64,000 nt of DNA from Octopus sinensis (GCF_006345805.1 NW_021824849.1:1-64000); one strand, 5' to 3'; shown: positions 1 through 13,073, counted from the stretch's first letter. Notes: generated by a model from the letters alone, not told the origin. Numbers and translations are program-made.

Positions 1-52
<52 letters not shown>

Positions 53-227
53 GTATATATCTATCGTTACTTTTCATAAAAAGCCTTTACTTTTTTTGAT
101 TTCCAATGTGCATTTTCGCTTATTTTTCTTCTTACTTTCCCCTTACATTTCCACGTGTAGTTTCTATTATATATATATAATTGTACATATCTATCGTTAC
201 TTTTCATAAAAAGGTTTACTTTTTAAA

Positions 228-389
228 TGACGGTCTCACCGTCTGCCAAGCAAATGGGAAGCAGTAATTGAAGTAGATGGTGAATATGCTCCGGAATAAT
301 CATTTTAAAGATGTTTTTGTTACATGTTGTTATTGTTTTGTTGAATAAAATTTGTTGAAAAACAGCCGCAATAATTATGCACCAACCCA
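228..389 (+). mobile_element. mariner transposon 3' relic with right TIR
   Basis: 240-299 translates RLPSKWEAVIEVDGEYAPE*, a mariner-type C-terminus. The reverse complement of ~364-389 reads TGGGTTGGTGCATAATTATTGCGG, resembling the Hsmar1-type TIR. Confidence 0.75.
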
Positions 390-1098
390 TTATCTTATAC
401 ATCAAAATAGAATGGAAAAATTTGGTATATTTCTTTACAGGATAGGAGTAACAAAGGTATGCATGCTAAAAAGTATGTAGACTCTCTTACACGTAATTAT
501 TTCTTTTACTCAAGAATTTCTGATAAGAGATTCTATACATGCTTCTTTTTTTTTTAACTACGTGTATTCCTTTGTAACTCTTAATCTGTAATGACACACG
601 TGTTACATGGAAAGTTAAAATATACCAAAATTGTCCCCGTCTTTTGTTTTGATGTGTGATTACTCTGCAAATAGAATTCACCGGAAATCTCAAATGCTCT
701 GTATATATTACCTAAAATAAAACATCTTAATACATACATTTGATCTATGTGATTAAGCACATGTGCTTTCACGAGGACGTAGCTTGGAATATAACGCTTT
801 ATATATATATATATATATATATATGATGTGTGTGTGTTGTGTGTGTGTTGTGTGTGTGTGTGTGTGTACATACATAATGTCCGTTTTTATTTATTTATTT
901 GGTTTGTTTATTTGAATCGACTATATATATATACATACATATAAATATATACATAGATATATAAACATACATATATACATACACATACATATATATATTT
1001 ATTTACATATATATAATATATATATATAATATATATATAATATATATATATTATATATATATACATATATATACATTATATATACATATATATGCATA

Positions 1099-1169
<71 letters not shown>

Positions 1170-1450
1170 CACAGAGAGTAAGGGGGAGAGAGAGACAGAG
1201 AGAGTGACAGACAGATACATACATAGACAAAACACATGCAGATACACACACATACAGACACCAGACATACACACACATAAGAAAACTCTCATTGTTATAA
1301 AAGTTGAGTAAATATCCGTTGTTCTAAAAATGGTGCAAAACGAATCAACAAACGTACAAGTCCAAAGTATGTGAAAATAAAATTTAAAGATCATGATCGA
1401 ACCCTCCCCCCTGCTATAACACCAGCAGCGGAAAGTTTCAAGTTGTTTAA

Positions 1451-1881
1451 CCCTTCAATATTCAGACAAATCTGTTAAATGTAACCCGTATTTATTATTT
1501 ATCCACAGTGTTTTAAATTAAACTTGTACCTTCGAAATTTCGATGAAGTGATTGTTAATTTTTAAAGTGACATTAGAGAATCGATTGTGAAAGGCCGGAT
1601 CTACCCGATTTGATCTAAAAAACAGGTAGAATATATGGTCGCCATGATAGATCGTTAGCCACTACACACATTTTTTCTCTCCTTGTTTCTCTCCTTGTTT
1701 TTTCTGTGTCCCTTTCTGTAGAAGAGCGTAGGCTCGAAACGTAAAAGACTTTTTTCTATTCCTGAGCGTTATACTAATACATCTGTTTGTTTTATACACT
1801 ACCTGTCTTCATCTTTTGTTTTTTTCGTAAACTCACCCTAGAATATATGGGCCTGATATGACCAGCTTAAATGTTAATGGT
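1451..1881. mobile_element. TTAA-flanked (piggyBac-type ends) MITE, interrupted by an insertion
   Basis: TTAA at 1447-1450 and 1882-1885. Termini CCCTTCAATATT...AATGTTAATGGT are imperfect inverted repeats. Interrupted by the 1639-1838 insert. Confidence 0.6.
1639..1838 (+). mobile_element. dispersed repeat family H1 (Penelope-like candidate) with hammerhead-like motif
   Basis: Flanked by a 12-bp direct duplication TAGAATATATGG (1627-1638, 1839-1850). The same family occurs at ~3988-4160 and ~56085-56270. Confidence 0.7.
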
Positions 1882-2488
1882 TTAAAACAGGGGTCGGCGA
1901 ACCGGGGTAAATTATCCCAGTGGAGTAAAAATGAAATTCTTGTAGGTAATGAGGTCTCATTAGACATAAGTAAAAATATATTTAAAAAAACATGTTCCTT
2001 GTTGCAACAGAAAATTTTCTTTTGGCAAGTTTGCATCTGCCCAATGTAATAGACGTGTAAATAGATTCACACAGATTCAATAATATAGATTCAATACACT
2101 TTTTTGAATTCAAAGAATCTACGATTTTCTTCCTTTTAAATCAAGAGAGTAACATCGACGTAAATAGATATGTATTTTGGGGTAACTTTTTAAAAATTTC
2201 CTCGATTCCCGGCTTAAAGCTACAGAATCAGTTGAAGACTTATTAAGGTGTCGGAGATGAAAAGATTTCAGTGAATTTTATCCTCTACTTGATCCCCCGC
2301 AAAGAGAAATGGTATTAAAACCATTGTACATCAGCCTTCGGTATTGGTGGAGCGTAAAGAATGAACCATGCTAGAATCAAACGAATCTATAAACCCAAAT
2401 GTCCTTTCTGCTAGAGAATTGAAAAGACGTATCTTTTGATACTTAATTTATCGCAGGTAGTCATCAATAACTTAATTCAATATGGAAG

Positions 2489-2851
2489 CGAGTTGGCAGA
2501 AACGTTAGCACGCCGAGCGAAATGCTTAGTGGTATTTCGTCTGCTGCTACGTTCTGAGTTCAAATTCCGCCGAGGTCGACTTTGCCTTTCATCCTTTCGG
2601 GCTCGATTAAATAAGTACCAGTTACGCACTGGGATCGTTACAATCGTCTTAATCCGTTTGTCTGTCCTTGTTTAGCACCTCTATGTTTAGCCCCTTGTGG
2701 GTAGTAAAGAAATAGGTATTTCGTCTGTCTACGTTCTGAGTTCAAATTCCGCCGAGGTTGACTTTGCTTTCATCCTTTCGGAGTCGATAAATTAAGTATC
2801 AATTGCGTACTGGTGTTGATCTAATGGACTGGGCCACTCTTCCAAAATTTC
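2489..2851 (+). mobile_element. tRNA-derived SINE family B, dimer (one head, two bodies)
   Basis: Head GGCGAGxTGGCAGAAACGTTAGC, B-box-like GTTCAAATT, core CTTTCATCCTTTCGGGGTCGATAAA (recalled as Deu/Nin-domain-like). Body-body junction GAAATAGGTATTTC at 2709-2722. Confidence 0.85.
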
Positions 2852-3961
2852 AGGTTATCCCATAAATAATGCGGTATTTTCCAATTGCATGAACTAAAAG
2901 TCGGAGAGGGACGGCATAAACTACCTGCATTAATTTGCTATAAAAGCAGGTAGTAATTTTACCTTGTCCTTATTCTCAGTGCAAGTATATGGGGATCGGA
3001 CAATAAGCGTAAGCCAGTGTCAACAGTGGTTCCAGAGATTCCTACCCGGAAATTACAGCCTGGAAGATGAGCCTCGTCTTGGAAGATCTGTAGAGCTCGA
3101 TGAGGACGTCCTGCAAACCCTAATGGAACAAAATCTCATCGTAAATGTTGATGAACTAGCAGAGAAGCTTGGATGTTGTCATTCAACCATTCATCGACAC
3201 CTGCGTATTATCGGAAAAGTCAGCAAATTGGGTCAATGGGTTCCTCACAAACTTTCCAAGTCTAATCGCGCGCAGGGAGTGAATGTGTACTCTTCTTTAC
3301 TGTCACGTTTCACGAATGAACCTTTTTTTGGACCGAATAGTGACTGGTGACGAGAAATGGGTTCTCTCTAAAAATGTTAAGCGCCGAAGAGAGCGGGTAG
3401 GGAAAGGAGAGACACCGGCACTCCAGTCTAAAGAAGGTCTTTACACATATAAGATGTTGTTATATATTTGCTGTGATACGAAAGGTTTAGTCCGCTTTGA
3501 ACTTTTAAACCCAAACCAAACGATAACAAAGGAGAGCTAATGGGTAGCAGTTTGAGCGGCTTAAGTCAGCGAAAGAAAAACGACCATTTTTGGTTTCAAG
3601 ACAAAAGGTGTTCTTCCATCAGGATAATGCTCAACCACGTACAACAAGGATGACGGGAAACGATGCCCCACCAATCGTATTCGCCTGACATTGTCCCATC
3701 TGATTCACATCTGATTATCACTTATTCTTCAAAATCATTTGGACAGAAAATATATGAATTCTGTAGCTGAGGTCAGAACAGTATTGGAGGAGTATTTTTC
3801 ATCACGGACAAGTGAATTTAGGAAGAGGGAGCCTTGCAAGTCTACCAGATGGAAGAGCATTGTAGAAAATGAAGGGGAGTATATTTTAGATTAAAAAAGA
3901 AATTTATCTTAATTTTGAAAAATAAAAGTACACAAAAACATCATTATTTATGGGATGACCC
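2852..3961 (+). mobile_element. mariner transposon, defective transposase
   Basis: TIRs AGGTTATCCCATAAATAATG (2852-) and CATTATTTATGGGATGACCCT (-3961), followed by TA. Frameshifted transposase with WVPHKL, IVTGDEKWV, HQDNAQP and YSPDIVPSD motifs. Confidence 0.93.
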
Positions 3962-3987
3962 TATATATATATATAATATATATATAT

Positions 3988-4160
3988 TAGCTACTACACG
4001 CATTTTTTCTCTCCTTGTTTTTTTCTGTGTATCTTTCTGTCGAAGAGCGTAGGCTCGAAACGTAAAAGACTTTTTCTATTCCTGAGCGCTATACGAATAC
4101 ATTTGTTTGTTTGTACTCCACCTGACATCGTCTTTTGTTTTTTCGTAAACTTTCCCTTAT
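3988..4160 (+). mobile_element. dispersed repeat family H1 copy 2
   Basis: Aligns by eye to 1655-1838 (AGCxACTACACxCATTTTTT...GAAGAGCGTAGGCTCGAAACGTAAAAGAC...CTTTTGTTTTTTCGTAAA). Lies between (TA)n tracts. Confidence 0.8.
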
Positions 4161-4195
4161 ATATATATATATATAATATACTTCATTAAAAAATT

Positions 4196-4336
4196 GCAAA
4201 AATATATCACAAAAACTGTTACTCAGAGTTTCACGTTCTCGTTCGTCGGACACTTATGTTTAAACATTCTAACCATAAATGTCCGACGAACGGGTACGTG
4301 AAACTCTGAGTAACAGTTTTTGTGATATATTTTTGC
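4196..4336. repeat. fold-back (inverted) repeat, ~62-bp arms
   Basis: GCAAAAATATATCACAAAAACTGTTACTCAGAGTTTCACGT...GTCGGACAC pairs with 4275-4336. A half copy lies near 37150-37185. Confidence 0.9.
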
Positions 4337-4504
4337 TGCATTTTAATAATGCATATTACTCTACCTCGGGTATTCGAGTACTATTTTTTCCACCTTGTTT
4401 TGCATTTATGTACTTACTCTGGTATATATATAACATATATTATCACCGTGATCACCGTGACCGACCAGGCCATCAGATGTTGCTACACATCGCTGGTCAC
4501 AATG

Positions 4505-4754
4505 CGCTTCGCATTGTTTTAGCCTTCAAATGCCGCCACACCGCTGGCTGAGCGAGCAGGCCAACAGAAGAAAGAGGGAGAGAAAGTTGTGGCGAAAGAG
4601 TACAGCAGGGATCGCCAACACCTCCTGCCGGAGACTCGTAGAGTTTTAGGTGTTTTCGCTCAATAAACACCCACAACGCCTGGTCTGGGAATCGAAACCG
4701 CAATCCTGCGACCGCGAGTCCGTTGCCCTAACCACTGGGACATTGCGCCTCCAC
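4505..4754 (-). mobile_element. tRNA-derived SINE family C
   Basis: Reverse complement begins GTGGAGGCGCAATG.CCCAGTGGTTAGGGCA.CGGACTCGCGGTCG. Matches 5359-5545 and 38004-38403. Confidence 0.85.
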
Positions 4755-5039
4755 ACACAACATATATATACATTATATATATATATAATAATATATATAT
4801 ATATATGTATACCTATTTATATATACATATGTATGTATGTATGTATGATGTATGTATGTATGTATGTATGTTATGTATGTATGCATGTATGTATATATGC
4901 AGGTATATGCCGTCCTGTCCGGAAAGAAAATAACTAGTCTAGACAGGTACAGCCGTGGTGGGAATCGCACAGAAATAGACACACAAATATAAAGACACGC
5001 GTACAAGCACACACAGATGGAAACACACGCACACACACG

Positions 5040-5093
<54 letters not shown>

Positions 5094-5358
5094 CACACAC
5101 ATACACACGTGTATTTATGAGTAATCAATTAACTATTTTGCCTTGAAATTCTATTAATATTCCTCTGGCTACTACTTCGTTTGATTTGCTAGAAACAGCA
5201 ACCAATCTACCCCAAATTGCACCCAGTCCTCTTAGAAGTTGAAGGATAAGGTATATAATGAAGTGCTAAGAACGGTGTGCTTGGAAATAGGTTGAAGTGA
5301 TTGTGACTAAAATGCTCTTAGTGATTCAGCTGGACCTGGATCGAACAACAGTAACACA

Positions 5359-5545
5359 GTGGAGGCGCAATGGCCCAGTGGTTAGGGCAGCGGACTCGCG
5401 GTCGTAAGAACGCGGTTTCGATTCCCAGACCGGGAATTGTGAGTGTTTATTGAGCAAAAACACCTAAGCTCCACGAAGCTCCGGCGGGGGAGTGTGGTGA
5501 ACCCCGCTGTACTCCTTCACCACAACTTTCTCTCATTCTTTCTTC
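5359..5545 (+). mobile_element. tRNA-derived SINE family C (3' truncated)
   Basis: A-box-like TGGCCCAGTGG and B-box-like GGTTTCGATTCC, followed by the family body. Confidence 0.85.
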
Positions 5546-5559
5546 GTACTTCTTCCATA

Positions 5560-5870
5560 AAGCAGAGGAACCATGGCGTAACCCACTATTTTGTGGTAAA
5601 CTCGTTCAGATCCTAGTCTAGATTGCGAATCCTCTATACCCCAGGATGGTTCAGCTCTCCACCCGTTAAAAGCCACCGTTTACGGAATGAGGATAGCAAC
5701 GTAGCTTTCGCGCCCGTGCAACCGCCAGTCTATCGCATGTGGTGGGTGGATCTTCAAGTTGCCACACGCATTCTTAGTAGCTTAGAGTAGGCTCGAATTA
5801 GAGATTATTCATTGTGGCTAATGGCGCGAGTCCTGATTTGAAGAAGAAGAAGAAGAAGAAGACAACAACA
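5560..5870 (+). mobile_element. degenerate RTE-like LINE 3' end
   Basis: Weak translation KATVYGMR...SRPC...VA*SRLE resembles an RTE C-terminus. Ends in a (GAA)n tail. Confidence 0.4.
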
Positions 5871-5879
5871 ATAATAATG

Positions 5880-6092
5880 ATTTTTTTCTAACTTTGGCAC
5901 ATGGCCAGCAATTTTAAGAGGAGAGGGGAGTGAATTATATCGATCCCAGTGTTGAATAAGTACATTATTTTATCAACTCCGAAGGAATGGAGGGCAGAGT
6001 AGACCTCACCGGAATTTGAACTCAGAACAAGAAGACGGACGAAATGCTGCTAAGCATTTTGCTCGGCGTGCTAACGATTCTACCAGCTCGCA
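5880..6092 (-). mobile_element. SINE family B (older variant)
   Basis: GGAATTTGAACTCAGAAC...GACGAAATGCTGCTAAGCATTTTG...GCTAACGATTCT.CCAGCTCGC on the plus strand. Confidence 0.8.
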
Positions 6093-6094
6093 GC

Positions 6095-6732
<638 letters not shown>

Positions 6733-7280
6733 GATGGCAGTACCAGGCAGTGGCTCTCATGGCTTCTGATCTTAACTGATTGGAAGTGTTATCATGTACA
6801 TTGTTTTGTCTGGTATAAAAGATGGGCTACAGCAAATATTCTGCTCCATACCACAGATTTGCTTGTCAGTTGTTTGACCTTAACCAGTTGAGCATGTCCT
6901 TCGTGGCTGACAATATGTGCATCTCTGATCACGAGCAGAAGTAGTGGGGGAGCATCATAGCCATGTGTGAGAGGGATCTTTTGGGGGTTTGAATAGTTCA
7001 CCTCTGGAAACATGGGTGGTTCTTTCAACATCCTTAAACAACCCTTATTCAGGGACTGTTTGAGCGGGATGGGCTACTCAATCTGAAGAAAATTCTAACT
7101 GGGCCCCACCTGCAAGGTCATGTGCTGTTTATCTTGATATGAGATCACCATGTCGCGCACATATGGTTGTGATGCATGTGCCTGTTGTACCTTTATCAGA
7201 CGGGTAGTCATGATGGGTATATTGGGCTTCGTATATTTTACCCCAGTGTCACTTTGATGGCATGCACTGCTCTCTCACTC
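6733..7280 (+). mobile_element. non-coding interspersed repeat embedded in (AAT)n; probable 3' UTR of a microsatellite-targeting non-LTR element
   Basis: Unique-complexity ~550 bp flanked on both sides by (AAT)n, ending ...CTCTCTCACTC(AAT)n. Classification is inference. Confidence 0.5.
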
Positions 7281-7744
7281 AATAATAATAATAATAATAA
7301 TTTTTGATTTTGGAATAAGGCCCACAGTTTTAAGAGCAGGGAGAAGTCGATTGCATCGAGTGCTACACTGGTACTTATTTTATCGACCCCGAAGGAATGA
7401 AAAGTAAAGTTGACCAAGCCGTAGTTGAACTCAAAACGTAGAACCGGAAGAAATGTAAATGCGCGAAGCATTTTGTACAGCGCCATATTGATTCTGCTAG
7501 CTTCTCGCCACTAAGAGCAATAACGATGATAGCAACTTTATTTTCCTGTGACACCAACACCTTTTCCGGTTGCATCCACGTCATCTCCGTTACCCTCATT
7601 CCCATCAACTGCCAAACATGTAAGTCACATTAGACGTTGGTATTTAAAGTGTCAACTTTTTGTACAAGCCATAAAACAGCGATAGATTTGTTATGACAAA
7701 TTTAGACTCAGATGGCGCCCAAGATGCGAATATAATAATCATGT

Positions 7745-7980
7745 ATAAAGCGGGCGAGCTGGCAGAAACGTTAGCACGCCAGGCGAAATGCGTAGCCGTG
7801 TTTCATCTGCCGTTACGTTCTGAGTTCAAATTCCGCCGAGGTCGACTTTGCCTTTCATCCTTTCGGGGTCGATAAATTAAGTACCAGTTACGCACTGGGG
7901 TCGATATAATCGACTTAATCCCTTTGTCTGTCCTTGTTTGTCCCCTCTGTGTTTAGCCCCTTGTGAACAGTAAAGAAATG
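7745..7980 (+). mobile_element. SINE family B, full length with TSD
   Basis: 14-bp TSD TATAATAATCATGT at 7731-7744 and 7981-7994. Confidence 0.92.
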
Positions 7981-9095
7981 TATAATAATCATGTTTTGCT
8001 CCGTTGTTCATCGGACCCATATCGCTGAGCCGTCATTCGCAAGCGAGTATGAACATAGTAGTTTGTACTATGCTTTTGCTTTGCTAATTGTTTTATGTGC
8101 TTATGTACCGTATATCTTGGTGTATAAGTCGACTGTATTTATAACACGACACCAGAATTCGGTTAAGATGCCCTTCTATGTGAGAGAAAGGACAAGTAAG
8201 ATACGTAGTGAAGTTGAATAACACAACGTCCTACATAAATAGAAGTGTGATCAAATACAAGCTGCGGAAGAAAACATAAAAATCAACGGAAAGAGCAAAG
8301 ATGAAGAGTGAACACTGTTGAAGACATCATGGCAATATTTCACTCTTGATGCAGTGGCTGGGAGGTACGTAACACAGAGTACGACGCCTCTGTGACTGTT
8401 GGAACATCGCTTTCATCGTATGCAACCAATTTCAGCTTGAAACTAGCTTCCCATTTCCTTCGTTGATCAGTTGGAGCCATGTTGGAGTTTTACGCTCGCT
8501 AGAAATTAATACTCACCCAAAGAAAGCGATATTGCTTATGATGGAGAGACAACTTGAGCCTTTTTAAGAAATCTTGTCCTTAAAAGATTTGAAGTACCGG
8601 GAACTATAAGGTTTATTGTGGTTGGTTAATCACAGAGGGTAAAACCTACAGCTTGCTGGTCACTTTATCTGTCTTAGCCCACAGTCATTAAAGCGTGAGA
8701 TCGAATCGTGCCGAATGACTCCCAATTTGGAGCTACTAAGGGCATGCAAGAAGAAAAGCCCTGCAGCGTCAAGGTTTGAGGGTGTGCCACTCTTCCTCTT
8801 CGGACACGAAGAATTTGCCATTATGTGTTGTAGTAATGTACCAGATGTGAGAGCCAGACTGCATTGTGGGTATGGGATATCTGCGTGTGTAACAGCAGTG
8901 TCCTGTCAGATCTAGGAACAATGTTGCATTGAGGTTTAGGGTACCTGTATATGTAATAGAAGTACATACACTGATGCGAGAATAGTACCAGTGAAGTACT
9001 TGATTCAACTGGCTGCCTTCCCTCATTATTGCTGGCCTTGTGTGAGCAGAGAGCAGGCAGAAGAATTAGAACTGGAGAAAATGAGTTTTAATTCT

Positions 9096-9336
9096 TATTT
9101 CTTTATTGCCCACAAGGGGCTAAATATAGAGGAGACAAACGAGGACAGACAAAGGGATTATGTCGATGTAATCGGCTTAATCCGTTTGTCTGTGCGTAAC
9201 TGGTACTTATTTAATCGACCCCAAAAGGATGAAAGGCAAAGTCGACCTCGGCGAATTTTGAACTCAGAACGTAGCGGCAGACGAAATACCGCTAAGCATT
9301 TCGCCCGGCGTGCTAACGATTCTGCCCGCTCACTTA
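9096..9336 (-). mobile_element. SINE family B with TSD
   Basis: 18-bp TSD AAAATGAGTTTTAATTCT at 9078-9095 and 9337-9354. Confidence 0.92.
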
Positions 9337-10094
9337 AAAATGAGTTTTAATTCTACCAAGATCGATGTTGCCTTTCATTCTTTCGGAGTCGATAAAATAA
9401 AGTACCAGTTAAATACTAGGGTCGATGTTATCGATTTATTGTTAGTCATGTGCCAAAATGAAAAAGAATTATCTTTGTTGTTGTTGCAGGTGCTGCTGTC
9501 GTTATTTATCCAAATACACCTATGACTGAAGATATTGCAGCTATGAACATTCTGTGTTTTTAAAATGATCAAAGACTATAGATATCCGCTGTGTCCTTCC
9601 CTCGTGTTGGATTTGAAGGAAATTTGTCTGTTATTTCTTGCACGTCGAACGACAAATAGAGTCTCTCTTCTTGTCCTGGAAAAACCTTCCCGGCAGATAA
9701 AGATCCTCAGTGATATCGTAACTAATACCATAACCGAACAACATACTATACAAAAACATTGAGTTATCGTTGAGAGTATTCAAAGCTCAAACCAGTTATG
9801 GGCCTTCACCCGGTACGTTTAGCCTAGTTATTTCCCTTGTATCGATCTCGTATAAGTGTCTATTTTTTTTTTTTTTTTATTACGTCATATTTCTCTAGCG
9901 TACACACACATATGTGTGTACGTGTGTGCATTACAAACATACTCTCACTTCCATATATCTAACTATCTATTTATCAGTCTGTGTGTGTGTGTGTGGTGTG
10001 TGTGTGTGTGTGTGTGGTGTGTGTGTGTGTGTGTATGTGTGTGTGTGTGCGTATGTGTGTGTGTGTGCGTATGTGTGTAAGTGTGTGTTTGTGC

Positions 10095-10126
<32 letters not shown>

Positions 10127-10172
10127 ATGCATGCATGTATGTATGTATGTATGTATGTATGTATGTATGCGT

Positions 10173-10328
10173 ATAGGTGCAGGCGTTGTTGTGTGGTAAG
10201 ACGCTTGCTTCTCAATACATGGTTCCAGGTTCAATCCTACTGCCTAGCACCTTGGGTAAATGTCTTCTGCTATAGCCTCGGGCCGACCAAAGCCTTGAGA
10301 GTGGATTTGGTAGAAAGAAGCTCGTCGT
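10173..10328 (+). mobile_element. SINE family A, 5' half
   Basis: TAGGTGCAGG...GTGTGGTAAG...CATGGTTCCAGGTTCAATCC...CACCTTGGGTAAATGTCTTC matches the family A head and core. Confidence 0.8.
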
Positions 10329-10427
10329 ATAAATGTATACATGTATAGTCCCTACGTGATAACTGTAAACCAACTTTTGGGCCAACCAGTATACACATTA
10401 TATGCATATATATATATATATATATAT

Positions 10428-10496
<69 letters not shown>

Positions 10497-10864
10497 AGTT
10501 CAGCAAAATTTAGATTCAGATGAATATGGTACTTAAGTTAAAGGCACCAGAATTTTGCATGGTATTGTCCATATAAATCAAATGGGCACTTTAAATTTCT
10601 TTTAAAATATTTTATTACATTTAAATTTCTATCTTAGAAACTGAAAAGGGAGCTTGACAAAATTAACTAAATTAGCATAGAATAATGGTTTCATATTTTT
10701 TATAATTAAGATCTAAACTGTTAATATATGAATGCGAAAGAGATAATTGAATAACTGTAATCCTACTTTTAGGCCACCCTGTATGTACGCATATACACAG
10801 ACAGACGTATGTACATACATATATACATATACATTTGTATGTATATATATATATATTATATATA

Positions 10865-10924
<60 letters not shown>

Positions 10925-10999
10925 AAACTGGTGGTGTTGCAGCCTGGCCACAGCCTCAGGGCTGGAACAATGTAACAGAATATATGTAACAGAATATAT

Positions 11000-11311
11000 T
11001 ATAATCAAAATAAGCAACAAGGATATCCAAGGTAGAGTAGTACAATTGTTTCATGCTACTTCATTTTATTAAACCCTGTAAGTATTACATCAGTTTTAAA
11101 ATGTCGTGCAATCTTCAGCCACATAAAGAGTTTTTCAATTAAACAGACAATGCACATTCTTATACCTATTTCATTTGCCAATATTACAAAGAGGGTAGAC
11201 AGAGAAGTTAATTTCATCATTAAGATGTAATACTTACAGGGTTTAATAAAATGAAGTAGCATGAAACAATTGTACTACTCTACCTAGGATATACTTGTTG
11301 CTTATTTTGAT

Positions 11312-11314
<3 letters not shown>
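11000..11314. repeat. fold-back repeat, ~92-bp near-perfect arms, ~130-bp spacer
   Basis: 11000-11091 is the reverse complement of 11224-11314. Flanked by (TA)n. Confidence 0.92.
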
Positions 11315-11368
<54 letters not shown>

Positions 11369-11494
11369 GTGGGTACTGTAAGTTTAGAGTGAATACTTGA
11401 TAAGTGTAAGCACCTGTATATGCCAGATAGTGGCAGAGGTGAGAGAATATATCAAACATAAATTAAAAACAGAACACAAAGGATATCGCGGTAC

Positions 11495-11810
<316 letters not shown>

Positions 11811-12349
11811 CGTTTATATCAGTTAACGGTTACACAACCATCTAAGGGATAACACACAACACACACAAATCAAAAGACACTTCCCTACAGAGATCGAACG
11901 TGGCTTTAGGTAGTAACGAAGCGGATTTCTTAACCATCTACCCAGGCGTGTGTGTATTTACATGGCTACTGTAGTGTTTGTAGAGGGCGCCACCTTAGTA
12001 AGGCAGCAGGTAAAGTTATATTGCTTTTTATGTGTAAAAAAGCTGACAGTATCAACAAATATTAATGTACCTTGCTTGGTGTGTGGTGTGCGTGCAAGAG
12101 TGTATGTGTATGTTCGGGTGAACATGAGAATTGCGTGTGTGTATGTGTGTGTAGAGTTTAGAAACTATTTCTCTCGTTCTGTTTCTCTCTCTTTCACCGT
12201 TTCTCTTTCTCTCTCTTTCTTTCTCGCCCTCTCTTACCCTCTCTCTTTCTTATTCACTTTGTACATACGCATATCTATATGTGTGTGTATGTGTGCGTAT
12301 GCGAGTGTAGAGGGTTGAAACACTCCTTCTGTCAATCTGTCTGTCTCTT

Positions 12350-12382
<33 letters not shown>

Positions 12383-12855
12383 ACACACACACACACCACA
12401 CACACACACACACACACTTTGTACATAGACATATATGTGTATGTGTGTGAGAGAGTACTTGTATGTGTATGTATAGACGCGTGTGTGTGTGTGTCTGTGT
12501 GTGTGTGTACGTGTGAGTGCTTGTATGTGTATGCATAGACGTGTGGATGTGTGTGTGCGTGCGTGCGTGCGTGTGGATGTGTGTGTGCGTGCGTGTGTAC
12601 CTGGAGCCGATTGACCAAATTGTTAGAGCAGGGGAAGCAAAATGGTAGTGTTTTAGAGAACGTTTTCGTTCGGTGTTCAAATACGTCCGGAGTCCACTTT
12701 AGTTTCCGTTCATCCGTGTTTTATAAAATATAGCAGCGATCCTTATTTTTTTTCCTTTTTCTTTCCTTTTTTTTTTTCAATTTCTAACCGATTTCATAGA
12801 AGTTAACTTCGCCATGGCACGAGGGTTCAAGCGCGTAACAAAACACTTTAAAGTA

Positions 12856-13073
12856 CAGTAATGCTTCACCATATTGCGGTTCACCTATCGCGGTTTATCT
12901 AAGCTTACGTCGATTCCTCCGTGGTGTTGATTTGCATTAATAATAAAATAAATATATACAAATTATAAGAATAATAAAAAAAAAATACAGTACAGTATTG
13001 TTTCTACTTGGCGGCTTTTCACCTATCGCGGGGGATTCTGGAATGTAACACCCGCGATAGTCGTGGATCAGTG
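12856..13073. mobile_element. pogo/Tigger-like MITE (internally deleted)
   Basis: TA|CAGTAATGCTTCACCATATTGCGG ... CGCGATAGTCGTGGATCAGTG|TA. Same family as 57870-58846. Confidence 0.7.

Noticed and set aside
8840-8950. Possible very old RTE fragment (RARLHCGYG)
   Set aside because: Similarity is too weak to support by eye.
9560-9790. Minus-strand hydrophobic stretch resembling a TM segment plus tail
   Set aside because: There is an in-frame stop between the nearest acceptor and the stretch, and I recognise no homology.
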